The notes below the pieces were generated by a model. The model was not told the DNA's origin and searched no databases. It saw only the letters and a list, made by a program, of their open reading frames with translations. From Octopus vulgaris (taxonomy: Eukaryota): a stretch of 64,000 nucleotides of DNA. The translations under genes and the position numbers were made by a program. The stretch is from NCBI GenBank assembly GCA_951406725.2, contig OX597832.1, forward strand, positions 60,326,001 through 60,390,000, in the 5' to 3' direction. Numbering within the stretch: the first letter of the stretch is position 1; each line of letters opens with the position of its first letter. Below, one piece after another: positions 43,101-57,080 of this stretch.

Positions 43101-44694
43101 CTTTTCTCTCATGCACACACACACATATACTGTTCCTTCTTCCCTATTTTCTATATTTCCTTTGCTCCCCACCCCTTGTCATTTCACCTTATTTTTAGTC
43201 ATGCAAAAGAAGAGCAGTTGAAGACACGCGGCCTAATATTCAGGGTGTTGCAGTTACTATCGCAAGATCTAGGTTTCGATTCCCAGGCCAGGCCGTGCGT
43301 TCGTTTCTTGAGCAAAAAACATTTCATTTCACGTTTGCTCCAGTCCACTGGCCCGCCACTCACTGGCGTCTCTCGTTGAAGTGGGTGGGCGGAGGGAGTG
43401 CCTTGATCCCATTAATTTGTACGTCATGCAGTCCGGGTAACCGACTCTACGCGTTCAAGCGTTGAAGATGATAATGTGCAAGGGGTGACGACGATGTTGA
43501 TGATGATGACGATGATTATGATGCTGATGCTGATGATGATGATGATGACAACAACGACAACGATGATGTAATGATGATGGTGATGGTGTTGCAACGCACT
43601 AAAAGCCGAATGATCAGAAGAGAAGTCAATGGCGAAGTCCTGAAGTTGAAAACGAGGCTAACGTAGCTCAGCGTTATGTTGTGTAAGCAGAGCAGACAAA
43701 CAAGGGATGCGAGGATACCTATCCTCGTGGAGTGGGGGCTGATACAGTGTGACAGAAAGGATAAGATGTTCTCTTCACAATCCTGTAATCCAGGGTTCGA
43801 TCCTAATGTGCGACATCTCGACCAATTTTTATTTCACCATTGCTCTGAATCCGCCGAAAAACTGGGTTGACGGGTACACTGCTAGGAAGGCGTTTCGGGT
43901 GGATTATTATTTAAAGGTTATTATAGCCCCGTGACACACTGTGTCATGCTCAGTCTGTCTGGGAATTACGTTACGAATACACGTGTCTGCGGAATACTCG
44001 GCTATTCAGCAATCTGGGTATTGCTTCGAGAGCAGGTAATTCAGTTGAGATCAAACAGTTGAAATCTTCCCGTTTTCGGCATATTTGGCATTAGAATTTT
44101 TCTTTCGTCCTAATTTTGTAAATTATTTATAAATTTAACCTTTAAAGGTATTTTTTGATATGCTGGCCATTGATAAAAAATTTTTCCCGAAAGAAGACAC
44201 AACAGAAGGGAAGAAAAAATAAAAATAACAGTTCAAATAAAGTTGTTTTTTTTTAATACATGATAGCTGTGAAAAGAGAGTTCAAATCCAGGCAAAGAAA
44301 TAAATTTTCGGCCGAAAGGTACTCCTGGCCAATTCTTTTAATCCACGTGGGCACAAAAATTTTCAAATACAATTTCTCACAATTATGTGAGACAACACAC
44401 ACGTCTCCACCGCAAGGCAGACAAAAAGCTTCGAATCCAGTAAGGACTCCCTGCCTGTTCCAAAAAACTAAAACCAACAGGCAACAAATCCTACCGGACT
44501 CAAAAAAGCAAAAAGTCTTACCTTACAGCATCTTTCAGTTCAACTTTCGCCAGCTGCATACCAGCGTGACGACTTCAACAGGTGCGTGAACACTGTTTTT
44601 GTTCTTTTTTCTTTTTAGGACGGAGCTCAGACCGAGGCGTCCTCACAGTTCAACCGGAAGCAAGCTTCTTACCAAACAGACACGCCTATGTTTT

Positions 44695-44900
44695 ATCTTT
44701 TCTTTGTTTCTATCATTAGATTGTGGCCATACTGGGGCACCGGCTTGGAGAATTTTAGTCGAACGAATCGACCCCGATACATAATTCTTCGAAGTTTGGG
44801 TACTTATTAAATCGGTCTGTTTTGCCGAACCGCTGTTTTACGGGGACGTAAACACATCAACACCGGTTGTCAAGTGGTGGAAGGAGACAAACATACAAAT
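44695..44900 (-). mobile_element. Family B SINE tail, diverged
   Basis: TTTGCCGAACCGCT..ACGGGGACGTAAACAC motif. Confidence 0.7.
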
Positions 44901-45820
44901 ACACGCGCACATACAAGCATACGTAACATACTTACATACATGCACACACATGTGCAAATAGATATACATATACATAAGCATGTATGTATATAATATATAG
45001 ATATATATATATATATACATAAACTAATATACACGTATATACGCCAATGTGTATTTATATATATTTGTGTGTACGTGAGTGTGTGCGTGTGTGTGTGAGT
45101 GCGTGAGCGTGTGTGTGTTAGTGCGTGTGTGTGTATGAGTGCGTGTGTATGTTTGAGTGCGTGTGTGTGAGTTCTTGTGTATGTGTGTGAGTGCGTGTGT
45201 GTGAGTTCTTGTGTATGTGAGTGCGTGTGTGTGAGTGCGTGTGTATATTTGAGTACGTGTGTTTGTGAGTTCTTGTGCATGTGTGTAAGTGCGTGTGTGA
45301 GCGCGTGTGTGTGAGTGCGTTTGAGTGTGTGAGTGCGTGTGAGTGTGTGAGTGCGTATGTGTATGTGTGTGAATTTGTGTGCGCATGTGTGTGTGTGCAT
45401 GATTACGTGTGAATACGGTGCACCCATATGCATGTTTATATGGTTACATGTGTGTATATATATATATATATATACTTCTTTGTATATAAAAGTGTATAGA
45501 TATATGTATATATATTTACAACAGCACATATGATACCATAGACATATGTATATGTGTGTGTGTGTGAGAGAGAGAGGGTGTGTGTGTGTGCGTGTTTTAC
45601 GTGATCCTGGTGGCAACGGAAACGGAATGACGTCAGCAATCTGTCCATTTCTCACCAGTAAAATTCCCCTGAGGACAGGGACCCCACACTTACATGTACT
45701 ACTGTAACATAATGATGGCATGTATTATAGGGTGGGGTAGAGTGGGTGGGGTGGACAGTGGGGATAGCGCTGGTGAGGAGCAGCATGTATACAGTAGAAT
45801 GGTGGTGGTGGTGGTGATTC

Positions 45821-45864
<44 letters not shown>

Positions 45865-46405
45865 ACAAAAGCAGACGAAGAACGATGATGATGATGACGA
45901 TGAGGAGAAGAAGAAGAAGAGGAAGAAGGGGAGGAGGAGGAGAGGAGAAGAAGATATGAAAGCAATGGTGATGACAATGGAGGAGGGGAATGATGATGAT
46001 GATGATGATGATGATAGCGACGACGACGATGATGGTGATGATGATGATGATGATGATGATGATGTCAGAGATTCGTGTAAAGCAGAAGTAGAAAAACCTT
46101 TACGTTATGCAAATTAGTCGATGCAGTTCTCTATAGCCCCTGGATTTCTCTTGTATGTAAACAGATTGGCTGCTTGCTTCTCTGAGATTGGTCAAGCGAT
46201 ACAGACGACTCTGATGAGAACTCAATAAGGTTGGAAAATCAATCAAGACTGTTCGTAGATTTTTTTCCTTTTCTTTTCAATCTACGGACAAATAGTAAAA
46301 TTAGCCCCGTTTATATGTGTTATATAGGATCCATATATAGCATACCTTGATATTGTACTGACTGAGATCCCTTATGACAGGCCGATGATAATATATAAAC
46401 AGTTA

Positions 46406-46680
46406 TACGAGGTCTAATCAATAAGTATCTGAACTGAGGCTATAAAAACAAAACTACAACACGTTCCGATTTGGCATATAATCTCCTTCAAAGCAGTCCC
46501 CTTCGGAAGCTACACACTTAATCCAGAGCTGTCTCCATTTATGGAATCATTCCTGGAACTCGTTTTCGGAAATAATCAGCAGCTGCCACGTCGCATTTTA
46601 TCTTTGGAAAGAGGCAAAGTCGCAAGGGTCGAAATCTGGGAAATATGGTGGCTGTCGGACCTGGAAAAAAATTGACTTTT
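46406..46680 (-). mobile_element. Tc1/mariner transposase C-terminal fragment with 3' TIR
   Basis: QPPYFPDFDPCDF (decayed YSPDLAPCDF) and ..KWRQLWIKCVASEGDCFEGD; TIR TACGAGGTCTAATCAATAAGTATC. Confidence 0.85.
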
Positions 46681-46868
46681 TTTCAAACAACGCAAAACAG
46701 AGAAACGAGACGTACAGGACAAGGAATATTCCCCTTCTTCAGTTGCCCCTGTTTCCTCTACTCCGCGTTTCGAAGGTAAGGGCAAGACACGACTCCACTG
46801 AAACAATCCTTCCCGCAAAGCAAATTAAATAATATATATATATATATACATATACATACACACATATG

Positions 46869-46926
<58 letters not shown>

Positions 46927-47030
46927 CATACACACACACCACCTACATTGTAACTTTCGTTTAAGATATGTTATGTATTATTTTATGGTTCGTCCCTTGT
47001 GGCCAATAATTAAATAATTAAATAATAATG

Positions 47031-47097
<67 letters not shown>

Positions 47098-47371
47098 TAA
47101 TAATAATAATAATAGTAGTAGTAATAGTAGTAATAATTTTTAATTGTGTTTATTGCACTTTTCCTTTTTAAATGTCCTTATATTATATTATCGAAATAAA
47201 TTCATATCACATCTGTTGTGTGGTGGGGGAGGTTGTTGTGTGGGGAGCAGTAGAGGAGTGTCTACGCACGCAAGTTGTTTATATATATGCAAATAAATAT
47301 GAGTGTGTGTGCATATATGTGTGTACGTGAGTGTGCATGTGTGTGAGTGACTGAGCTGGTGTCTGTTCTGC

Positions 47372-47422
<51 letters not shown>

Positions 47423-48570
47423 TATATATACACATATATATACTCATATATATGTACATATATATATATACATATATATACACCTATATACATATATATA
47501 GACATATCTCTACATATGTATATACACAAATATATACATATACTTATACATATACTTATACATATATATACACACGCCTATATATATATGTGTGTGTGTG
47601 TGTGTATGTATATCTATGTGATTGTATGAATATATATTTATATATTAGCGCATGCGTGTGCTTCTATGCGCGTTTGTATGTGTGCATATGTATTATGCAC
47701 GCATGCATGTATCCATGTATGTATATATGTGTGAATGACTATATGTGTATACATATGTGTGTGCGTGTATGTGTGTGTGTGTGTGTGTAGTTCTATATTA
47801 GCGTGTTTCAGTGTATACTATGGAACTTTGTGCTAATTGAAAACAGAAATAACGATGAGACTGCAAAGAGGTAGGAGCGTACAAACCAGAAGGGGGGGGC
47901 AGTGGGATTTCTCTCTTTTTTTTTTCATTTTAATAAGATGTATTTTTGTAATAATGTAATTTTTTTTTTAAATTAAAAAAAAAAAACTATGTAGTGGTGA
48001 ATCAGGAAGAAAATTAATTTTCGTATCACAAAAATCACACACGCGTGGGCGCGCGCACATACACACGAACACACAATACACAAACACACATATACAAACA
48101 CACACATAGACAAACACATGCACACCCACGCTTGCATATACAGATGCACACACACACACACTCCGACGCATGCATACACTCAGACGAAAACATATACACA
48201 TATATAGACATATAAAAACACATAAACTTACACATACACATACATGTATGCTACATACACCTATACATACATACACATTTATACATGCATGCGTACATAC
48301 GGTCATGCATACATATATACCCACACACACATACATGCATACATATATACCCACACACACATACATGCATACATACATACATACATACACACTTGCATTC
48401 GTTCATATATATACATACATGCATTCGTGCATACATGCACATATTCATACACATAAACACGCACACATACGTACATACTTATTTGCATGCATGTATGCAT
48501 GCATACATACATACATGCATAACTACGTACATACATACGTACAGACACACATACATAAATACATACATAT

Positions 48571-48605
<35 letters not shown>

Positions 48606-49061
48606 CATACATACATACATACCCACACATACAAAGATACACATATACATATATACACATACATACGTACATATATATAAATCATACATACATACATATA
48701 TATATATACAACCATAAACACATACACTCATACATACATACATACACAGACACATATACAAACATATATGCACACACACATATACAAACATATATGCACA
48801 CACACATACATACATACATACATACAAACACATGCATGCATACATACACACACATATACATACACACATACATACACACACTCATACATACATACATACA
48901 TACATACATACATACATACATACACACACATACATACACAGACACATTTACAAACATATATGCATACACATACACACACACACACATACATACATACATA
49001 CATACATACATACATACATACATACATACATACATACATACATACATACGTACATATATAC

Positions 49062-49365
49062 GTGAGAACACAAAGAAACGATATGCTCTGTTGTGGAAAT
49101 CGGCTGCCCTCTGGACACCAGTGTGGTTATAAAAAGAAGTACAGGAGAAGGAGGACATCCATAGACTGTTGGAAAGAAGTTTCCAAATCCAGTACCCAAG
49201 ATACACTTTCAGCGCCATGGTTATTATTATTGGAGCACCATAAATACATACCAACCCGTCTGAATCAAAGTATGGTTGAGAATCAAATTTGAGGAGAGAG
49301 ATGCAAATCCTGATAACTGAACTATAAAAATCTGCAAGACCTTCATAAGGTTTAAGGATGATACT
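49062..49365 (+). mobile_element. RLE-domain LINE remnant (R4/NeSL-like)
   Basis: Frameshifted ICSVVEIGCPLDT../KEVQEKEDIHRLLERSFQIQYPRYTFSAMVIIIGA..; ends TIKICKTF. Confidence 0.65.
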
Positions 49366-49437
49366 TAAAAGAAAATATTAACCATTATTTCCATTATTTA
49401 CATTTCACGGATATTTGTCCTCATCTTGTTTGTTGTT

Positions 49438-49483
49438 AACACAACGTTTCGGCTGATATACCCTCCAGCCTTCATCAGGTGTC
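49438..49483 (-). ncRNA. Minimal type-I hammerhead ribozyme motif (inverted copy)
   Basis: gacac-CTGATGA-aggctg..cagcc-GAAAC-GTT-gtgtt. Confidence 0.75.
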
Positions 49484-49678
49484 TTCGGGCATATGGCGTA
49501 GTGGTTAAGAGCACGGACTACTAACACCAAGATTCCGAGTTCGATTCCAGGCAGTGACTTGAATAATAATAATAATATTGATAATAATAATAATAATAAT
49601 TATTATTATTATAACAACAACAACAACAACATCGAAAAATACTTTAGGAATGCGAACCCAGGTTCGAAATTTTCCCAA

Positions 49679-49724
49679 GACACCTGATGAAGGCTGAAGG
49701 GTATATCAGCCGAAACGTTGTGTT
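49679..49724 (+). ncRNA. Minimal type-I hammerhead ribozyme motif
   Basis: Stem I gacac/gtgtt, intact core CTGATGA and GAAA, stem II ggctg/cagcc, palindromic ACGT stem III, GUU cleavage triplet. Confidence 0.78.
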
Positions 49725-49894
49725 AGTAACAAACAAGATGAGGACAAAATATCCGTCTAATGTGAATAATGTAAATGATGTAAAAAATATACATAATTTC
49801 TCATCTCTTAAATATAGAACTGTAAAATATTTTCCTTCACAACTTTGCTACCAAATAGGTGGCCGGTCCAAATTTACTCTAAATTAGAAATCCA

Positions 49895-50291
49895 GATATT
49901 CTTTTCTACTCCAGGCACAAGACCCGAAATTTTGGGAGAGGGACTAGTCGATTAGATCGACCCCAGTACGCAACTGGTACTTAATTTATCGACCCCGAAA
50001 AGGATGAAAGCAAAATCGACCTCAGGGGAATTTGAACTCAGAACGCAAAGACAGACGAAATACCTATTTCTTTACTACCCACAAGGGGCTAAACACAGAG
50101 AGGACAAACAAGGACAGACAAACAGATTAAGTCGATTATATCGACCTCAGTACGTAATTGGTACTTAATTTATCGACCCCGAAAGGATGAAAGGTAAAGT
50201 CGACCTCGGCGGAATTTGAACTCAGAACGTAACGGCAGACGAAATACCGCTAAGCATTTCGCTCAGCGTGCTAACGTTTCTGCCAGCTCGC
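49895..50291 (-). mobile_element. Family C SINE dimer (Tx1-type tail unit joined to an alternative-tail unit)
   Basis: Junction AAAGAAATAG|GTATTTCGTCTGTC is identical to those in 5040-5640. Confidence 0.88.
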
Positions 50292-50474
50292 ATATATATA
50301 TATAAATAAGTAATCAACGCCACTTAAACATGGCTATTCCGTAAGAACTGATGTTACTGCTATTTTTAACCCCCAGAAGGACGTCTCCTCCAGTTGGTTA
50401 TTCGATGCAATCCGTATTCGATATTGCAAGCAGAAAAGTGAACCCCTACCATCTTCCAGCCACAAGAAAACTAT

Positions 50475-50514
50475 ACCGTACGGTTTCGACCTTTGTGTGG
50501 TCACCATCGGTGGT
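50475..50514 (-). ncRNA. Degenerate hammerhead-like motif
   Basis: acca-CCGATGG-t-gacc..ggtc-GAAAC-C-GTA-cggt. Confidence 0.45.
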
Positions 50515-50559
50515 GAATACTCGTCCGCTAGAATATATATATGTGGAGGGAGGTTCTTT

Positions 50560-50757
50560 TATCCTTTTATTATTTTACTTGTTTCAGTCATTTGACTGCA
50601 GCCATGCCGGAGAACCTCCTTTAGTCGGACAATTCGACCCCAGGACCTATCCTTTGTAAGCCTAGTACTTATTCTAACGGTCTCTATTGCCGAACCGCTA
50701 AGTTAGGGGACATAAACACACCAACATCGGTTGTCAAAAGATGGTGCGGACAAACAG

Positions 50758-50821
<64 letters not shown>

Positions 50822-50972
50822 CGGGCTTCTTTCAGTTTCCGTCTACCAAATCCACTCACAAGGCTTTGATTGGCCCAAAGCTATAGTAGAAGACATTTGC
50901 CCAAGATGTCACTCAGTGGGACTGAACCCGGATCCCTGTAGTTAGGAAGCAAGCTCCTCCCAACACACCCAC
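50560..50972 (-). mobile_element. Family B SINE
   Basis: End-to-end homology. Confidence 0.85.
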
Positions 50973-50987
50973 ATACATGCACACATG

Positions 50988-51018
<31 letters not shown>

Positions 51019-51059
51019 ATGCTTGTGCGTGTGTATGTATATATATATATATATATATA

Positions 51060-51272
51060 TATTCAAAATGTGACCTCGTGTGTACCATTGGCGATTTTTT
51101 TTCCTCTGTCTTCCCTTCTTTGGATCTTTCCTTCTCCTATGTTTCCGACGATAAGCTCCGCTCGAAACGTTAAACCCTCCTTCTTTCCTTCTTTCCTGAG
51201 CGTTCAATAATACTATATTTATTCCACGTCCTCGCGTTGTTGTGTTTTTTTGTGCTTTCTTGTTTGGATTAA

Positions 51273-51276
<4 letters not shown>
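51060..51276 (+). mobile_element. Short repeat in (TA)n carrying a hammerhead-like motif at 51141-51175
   Basis: gttt-CCGACGA-t-aagc tcc gctc-GAAAC-GTT-aaac. Confidence 0.65.
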
Positions 51277-51309
<33 letters not shown>

Positions 51310-51685
51310 TATATATATATACATCTTAATTACCTGTACCCCAATGTTTAAATGGTACGTCTACCCTGAAGTGATGAAAGGTAAAGTCAACCCCGACAGC
51401 AATTGATTTTGAGCAGAAATGCTACCAGGTACTTTTGAATCGCGGCGGTAAAGATCCTGCCTAGCTCGCCGCCTAAAAATATATAAGTAAATTAAAGCTA
51501 ACATTTTATTTCCAAACACCTGGGTTTAAAAATTCAAGAGAAAAAGAAAGCACAAACGTATACCATCTTTAGGTTTACAATCTGGTTCGCATGGAGGTGT
51601 ACGGTTTGAGAAGGAAGCCTTAACAATGTAACATGGATTATGTATTACGTTCAACGATCAATTTACTCCGGCTAACATCGATTTA

Positions 51686-51743
<58 letters not shown>

Positions 51744-52106
51744 TGTTGTTGTTGTTGTTTTCTTTATTCTTTCTTTCTTTCTTTCTTTCTTTCTTTTTTT
51801 TGTAATCTAATTCGCAGACACTTTAATTTCCTCGCTAACTTCCTCTTCTCTGTTCCGGCTCTGAGTAAAGCATAGAGGCGTCAGAACCTAGGAAATCGGT
51901 CTATCAGAACTCCTGACATTACAGATCAATAATCGACCGCAAATAAATATTGTTGATTGGATGGAATTTAACAAGAGCACAACTATGGGGAATTTCCAGA
52001 AATTATCTCTTCATTCTTATGGTTATTTATCTATTTACATATATATTCATATATTTCATTCCCTTCTCCAATAATACATACATACGTGCATATATATATG
52101 TATATA

Positions 52107-52152
<46 letters not shown>

Positions 52153-52429
52153 TATGTAAATATGCATATAAGTGTGCATATATATAAATATATACATATT
52201 TAAATATGTATGGTTATATATATGCGTGTGTGTGTGTGTGTAGATATATATATATATATAATTATGTACATATATATATATATAGTGTGTGTGTAGATGG
52301 ATAGATGTATATATATATATATATACATATGTATATGTGCATACACGTATGTATACATATATATATACACAGAAACACAAATATATAAACATACGTGTGT
52401 GTGTGTGTGTGCATACGTATGTAAGTACG

Positions 52430-52509
<80 letters not shown>

Positions 52510-52789
52510 TATACATATATATAGTGTGTGTGTAGACGGATAGATGTATAGATGGATAGATGGATGATAAGCCTGATATATAGATATATATATATATACA
52601 CATATATTTATGCATGTATGTATGCATAAATACATACATACATACGTGTGCTCGTGCATGTATTCCAGTCTCTCTTTTTCTCTGTCAATTTCTCTCTCTC
52701 AAAGTGTGTACGTGTGTATTCGTGTACATACATAGAAAGGAAGAATTAAAGTTGAGCTGTCAGTAAATGGACAAGTATAACTATATGAA

Positions 52790-52803
52790 TGCATGTATGT
52801 ATG

Positions 52804-52837
<34 letters not shown>

Positions 52838-53575
52838 TGTATGTATGTATGTATGTATTTATGTATGTATATGTATGTATATATATATGTATGTATTATG
52901 TATGTACTTATGTATGTATGTACGTATGTATATGTATATTTCTGTATGTACGTACGTATGTGCGCATGAATGTAAGTATTTATGTATGAATGAAACTACG
53001 TACGTACGTTTGTATATATATACGTTCGTACGTTTGTATGCATGTACGTATGTATGTATGCTAGTATGTACGTACTATGTATTATGCATGCATGCTTGTA
53101 CGTACATATGTATGTACGTATGGATGTACGTATGCATGTATGTACGTATGCATGCATGTATGCATATATGTACGTACGTACGTAGATATGTATGTATGTA
53201 TGTACGTACATATGTATGTACGTATGTATGTATGCATGTACGTATGTATGTATGTACGTATGCACTACGTATGTATGTATGTACCTATGTATGTACCTAT
53301 GCATGTACGTACGTGAGTATGCATGCATGTAGGTATGTATGTATGCATGTATGTATGTATGTACTTACGTACGTGTGTATGTATGCATGTACGTATATAT
53401 GTATGCATGCTTGCATGTATGTATGTAAGTATGTATGTATGTATGTATGTATGTATGTATGTATGTATGTATGTATGTACGTACATACGTGTGTATGTAT
53501 GTATGTACGTATATATCTACGTACGTATGCATGCATGCATGCATGCATGCATGTATGTATGTACGTACCTATGTA
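52790..53575. repeat. Degenerate (TATG/TACG/CATG)n array
   Basis: Tetranucleotide periodicity. Confidence 0.95.
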
Positions 53576-54187
53576 TACAGAAAGAGTCCGACATCCAAAC
53601 TATCCAGAGACTCCCACTCGCCGCACACTCGCCCGCACACTCAGCCGTTCACCCACCTACCCTCTCCACTCCACTCCAGTTGCATCATCAGAACGAGGCT
53701 CTGAATCAGCAGCCGACAGTTTTATAGCGTTTCTATCGACCGGGATTAACTCTCAGCAAGTTGCTTGGTCGGCATCCTTGCATGCCGCCCGGCCTTGTGT
53801 CTGTCTCCGCTGTAGACTGATGAAGTTCGGGAGAGCGGAGAAGGGAGCGAACAAAAACAACAACAACACAGTCTCGCTCTCACTCACACTCTACTACCCC
53901 ACCTCCACTATTCTCTCTCTCACACACACACTTTCTCTCTTTCTCTGTTCTGGAGAATTCCTGGGACACTTTCTCCATTGTAACAATATGATGAAGTGAG
54001 AGGAATTTCAATGGAATCAAATAGATTTTTTCCCCATTGCGCCTGACTTGAATTCCATTCGGAGAATAATATTTCTCAGTTTAGCGGGGATGGTATGGGA
54101 TGGTATGGGATGGGATGGGACGGGTGGGACGGGTGGGACGGGGGGAAAAGACACAAATGAAAAGGAAATGAACAGACAAGCAACTAA

Positions 54188-54438
54188 ATGATGATGACGA
54201 TGATGGTGGTGACGATGAAGATGGCAGTGGTGGCGGTAGTAGTGATGATGATGATGATGATGATGATGATGACGATGATGATGATGATGACGATGATGAA
54301 GATGATGATGATGATGATGATGATGACGATGATGATGACGATGATGATGATGATGATGATGACGATGATGAAGATGATGATGATGATGATGATGACGATG
54401 ATGATGATGACGATGATGATGATGATGATGATGATGAC

Positions 54439-54476
<38 letters not shown>

Positions 54477-54477
54477 C

Positions 54478-54518
<41 letters not shown>

Positions 54519-54588
54519 CGATGATGGTAGTGACGATGAAGATGGCAGTGGTGGCGGTTGTAGTGATGATGATGATGATGATGATGAC

Positions 54589-54650
<62 letters not shown>

Positions 54651-54678
54651 CGATGATGATGATGATGATGATGATGAC

Positions 54679-54722
<44 letters not shown>

Positions 54723-54723
54723 C

Positions 54724-54758
<35 letters not shown>

Positions 54759-54819
54759 CGATGATGATGATGATGATGATGACGATGATGATGACGATGA
54801 TGATGATGATGATGATGAC

Positions 54820-54854
<35 letters not shown>

Positions 54855-54855
54855 C

Positions 54856-54890
<35 letters not shown>

Positions 54891-55090
54891 CGATGATGGT
54901 AGTGACGATGAAGATGGCAGTGGTGGCGGTTGTAGTAATGATGATGATGCTGATGATGATTACGATGGCGATGATGTTCATGTCGGTGATGATGGTGATG
55001 TCGATGATGATGATGATGACGGTGATAACGATGGTTGTGATGAGGCTATTAACGAAGCATACGATAAACGATGATGATGATAATGATGGT
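54188..55090. repeat. (GAT/GAC)n array with a higher-order ~330-370 bp triplication
   Basis: GTGACGATGAAGATGGCAGTGGTGGCGGT occurs three times. Confidence 0.92.
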
Positions 55091-55474
55091 GCAACAAACT
55101 TTTGACCTTTTCTAAATCGAGGATTAAAAGACACCAGCCACAGCTTTCGAAGACATCAGATGAAAGAACATCGATGTTCAACATGGGACACAATTAAGCA
55201 ACACAAATAAATAAAATAAAACCCATCAAATAAATACGGGTGAAAATTATTTCGTAAAACTCGAGTTTTTTTAAGAAATAGTTTTCAGTTTCTTTATATT
55301 TGATGTCGACTTTGTTCATTAAAACTATTGTCTTGCGAGTATTCCTTGTTTTGTCTTGTGGGCGTGACAAGCGATGTGGCACCCAAGACCACTTGTCTGG
55401 GGAGCAAGATTCTTACCTACACAGATACATTTTTCGTCTATTATCCTGTACTTTCTCATCTGTTTTTATGTTCC

Positions 55475-55612
55475 TAGTTCAAATTCTGCCGAGGTCGACT
55501 TCGGCTTTCATCCTTTCGGGGTCGATAAATTAAGTACCAGTTGCGTAATGGGGTCGATATAATCAACTGGTCCGCTCCCCCAAAATTTCGGGCCTTGTGC
55601 CAAGAGCATAAA
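55475..55612 (+). mobile_element. Family C SINE, 5'-truncated, alternative tail
   Basis: B-box, core and AAAATTTCGGGCCTTGTGCC tail. Confidence 0.78.
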
Positions 55613-56032
55613 AGATGATCCTGAGCTTTCATCTTTTATTTGGTTCAGTCATTACACTCCAGCCATGTTGGGGCACAGCCTTGAAGGGATATGCTTTCTT
55701 TTTTGGCAGGAGGGGGCCGTTAAACGAATCTCCCGCTGTACGTTCTTAAGCCGCGTACTTATTAATATATATATACGCGGAGTAGATGAAACAAAGGCAA
55801 CTGAAGAAGGGGAATTTTCCTTGTGTTGTATGTCCTGTACTCAATTCTTTCGTTGTTTAAGAAAAATGTCCATTTCCTTGGTTTTGTGTTTATGTTTTCG
55901 TTTCTCATTGTGTTCGACGTTTTTTTTTTTTTGGTGTCCTGTACCCATATATACATGTATATATACATGTAGATGTAGGTACATACATATATGTATGTAT
56001 ATATGCATATGTTTTATTTATTAATTTGTTAT

Positions 56033-56098
<66 letters not shown>

Positions 56099-56199
56099 TA
56101 CGTGTTATATATATATATAAAAATTAAACAGTAACCTGTAAAAATCAAAATGCTGAATAACCTCGTGTTTCTCCTGACACAGCTTTTAGAATTTTTTTT

Positions 56200-56432
56200 T
56201 TCTTTTATTGTTTAGATGTCATTCGTTTCAGTCACTGGACTGACGCAAATGCTGTCTCAGTTGAACTATTCGATCCCAGCAAAAACAAAAAATGTCGATA
56301 CATTTTCTATCTGATTCTTTTCGCAAAACTGCAAGGTTACGGAGACGTAAAGAAGCCAACACCGGTTGTCGAGCGGCGTGGAGCAAATATAACGCTGCCG
56401 TAATCTCCTTTAGAGAGACTTAGTAATTTTAA

Positions 56433-56495
<63 letters not shown>

Positions 56496-57080
56496 GAAAT
56501 ATTAAAATTATTAAGTCTCTCTAAAGGAGATTAAGAGATTACGGCAGCGTTACTGGAAATTAATAGTTATCGCCATACTTATATGGCAGTCTTATAAATA
56601 TAAGACTAAAGCTGTCGCTGATTAGCTCCAAGAGGCCACCGCCTCAAGCTAGCTATTTGACACACAACCTGCGTCCATTATAAACCTTCGAACAGGGAGG
56701 TCAGCCGCCTCATCCTGCCAGTCAGACAGCTGCAGACATGTTTCAGCTGTCTGACTGGCAGGATGAGGCGGCTGACCTCCCCTGTTCGAAGGTTTATAAT
56801 GGACGCAGGTTGTGTGTCAAATAGCTAGCTTGAGGCGGTGGCCTCTTGGAGCTAATCAGCGACAGCTTTAGTCTTATAAATATAAGACTGCCATATAAGT
56901 ATGGCGATAACTATTAATATATATATATATATATAATGGATTTCTTTTCAGTTTTTGCCTATCAAATGCACTCACATTTGATTGGCTCAAGATTATAGTA
57001 AACGACACCTACCCATATGGAACTGAACCCAAGTCCGCTTGTTTGGAAAGCAAGCTTCTGATACACACAGCCACACTTGT
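56200..57080 (-). mobile_element. Old family B SINE interrupted by a palindromic insert
   Basis: Tail at 56200-56390, head at 56935-57080. Confidence 0.65.
56391..56920. repeat. Double fold-back: hairpin 56391-56551 with (TA)n loop plus a ~175-bp-arm palindrome 56559-56918
   Basis: Arms 56559-56732 and 56744-56918 are almost exact reverse complements. Confidence 0.95.

Larger units (their letters stand above)
49392..49822 (+). mobile_element. tRNA-headed SINE-like element with hammerhead tail and inverted 5' copy of the tail
   Basis: Inverted arm 49392-49485; A-box TGGCGTAGTGG 49494-49504; B-box GAGTTCGATTCC 49537-49548; (AAT/AAC)n; hammerhead 49679-49724. Confidence 0.8.

Noticed and set aside
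52767-53999. 410-aa ORF
   Set aside because: Mostly (TATG)n translation with no protein-like composition.
54184-55134. Poly-Met/Ile/Asp ORFs
   Set aside because: (GAT)n microsatellite.
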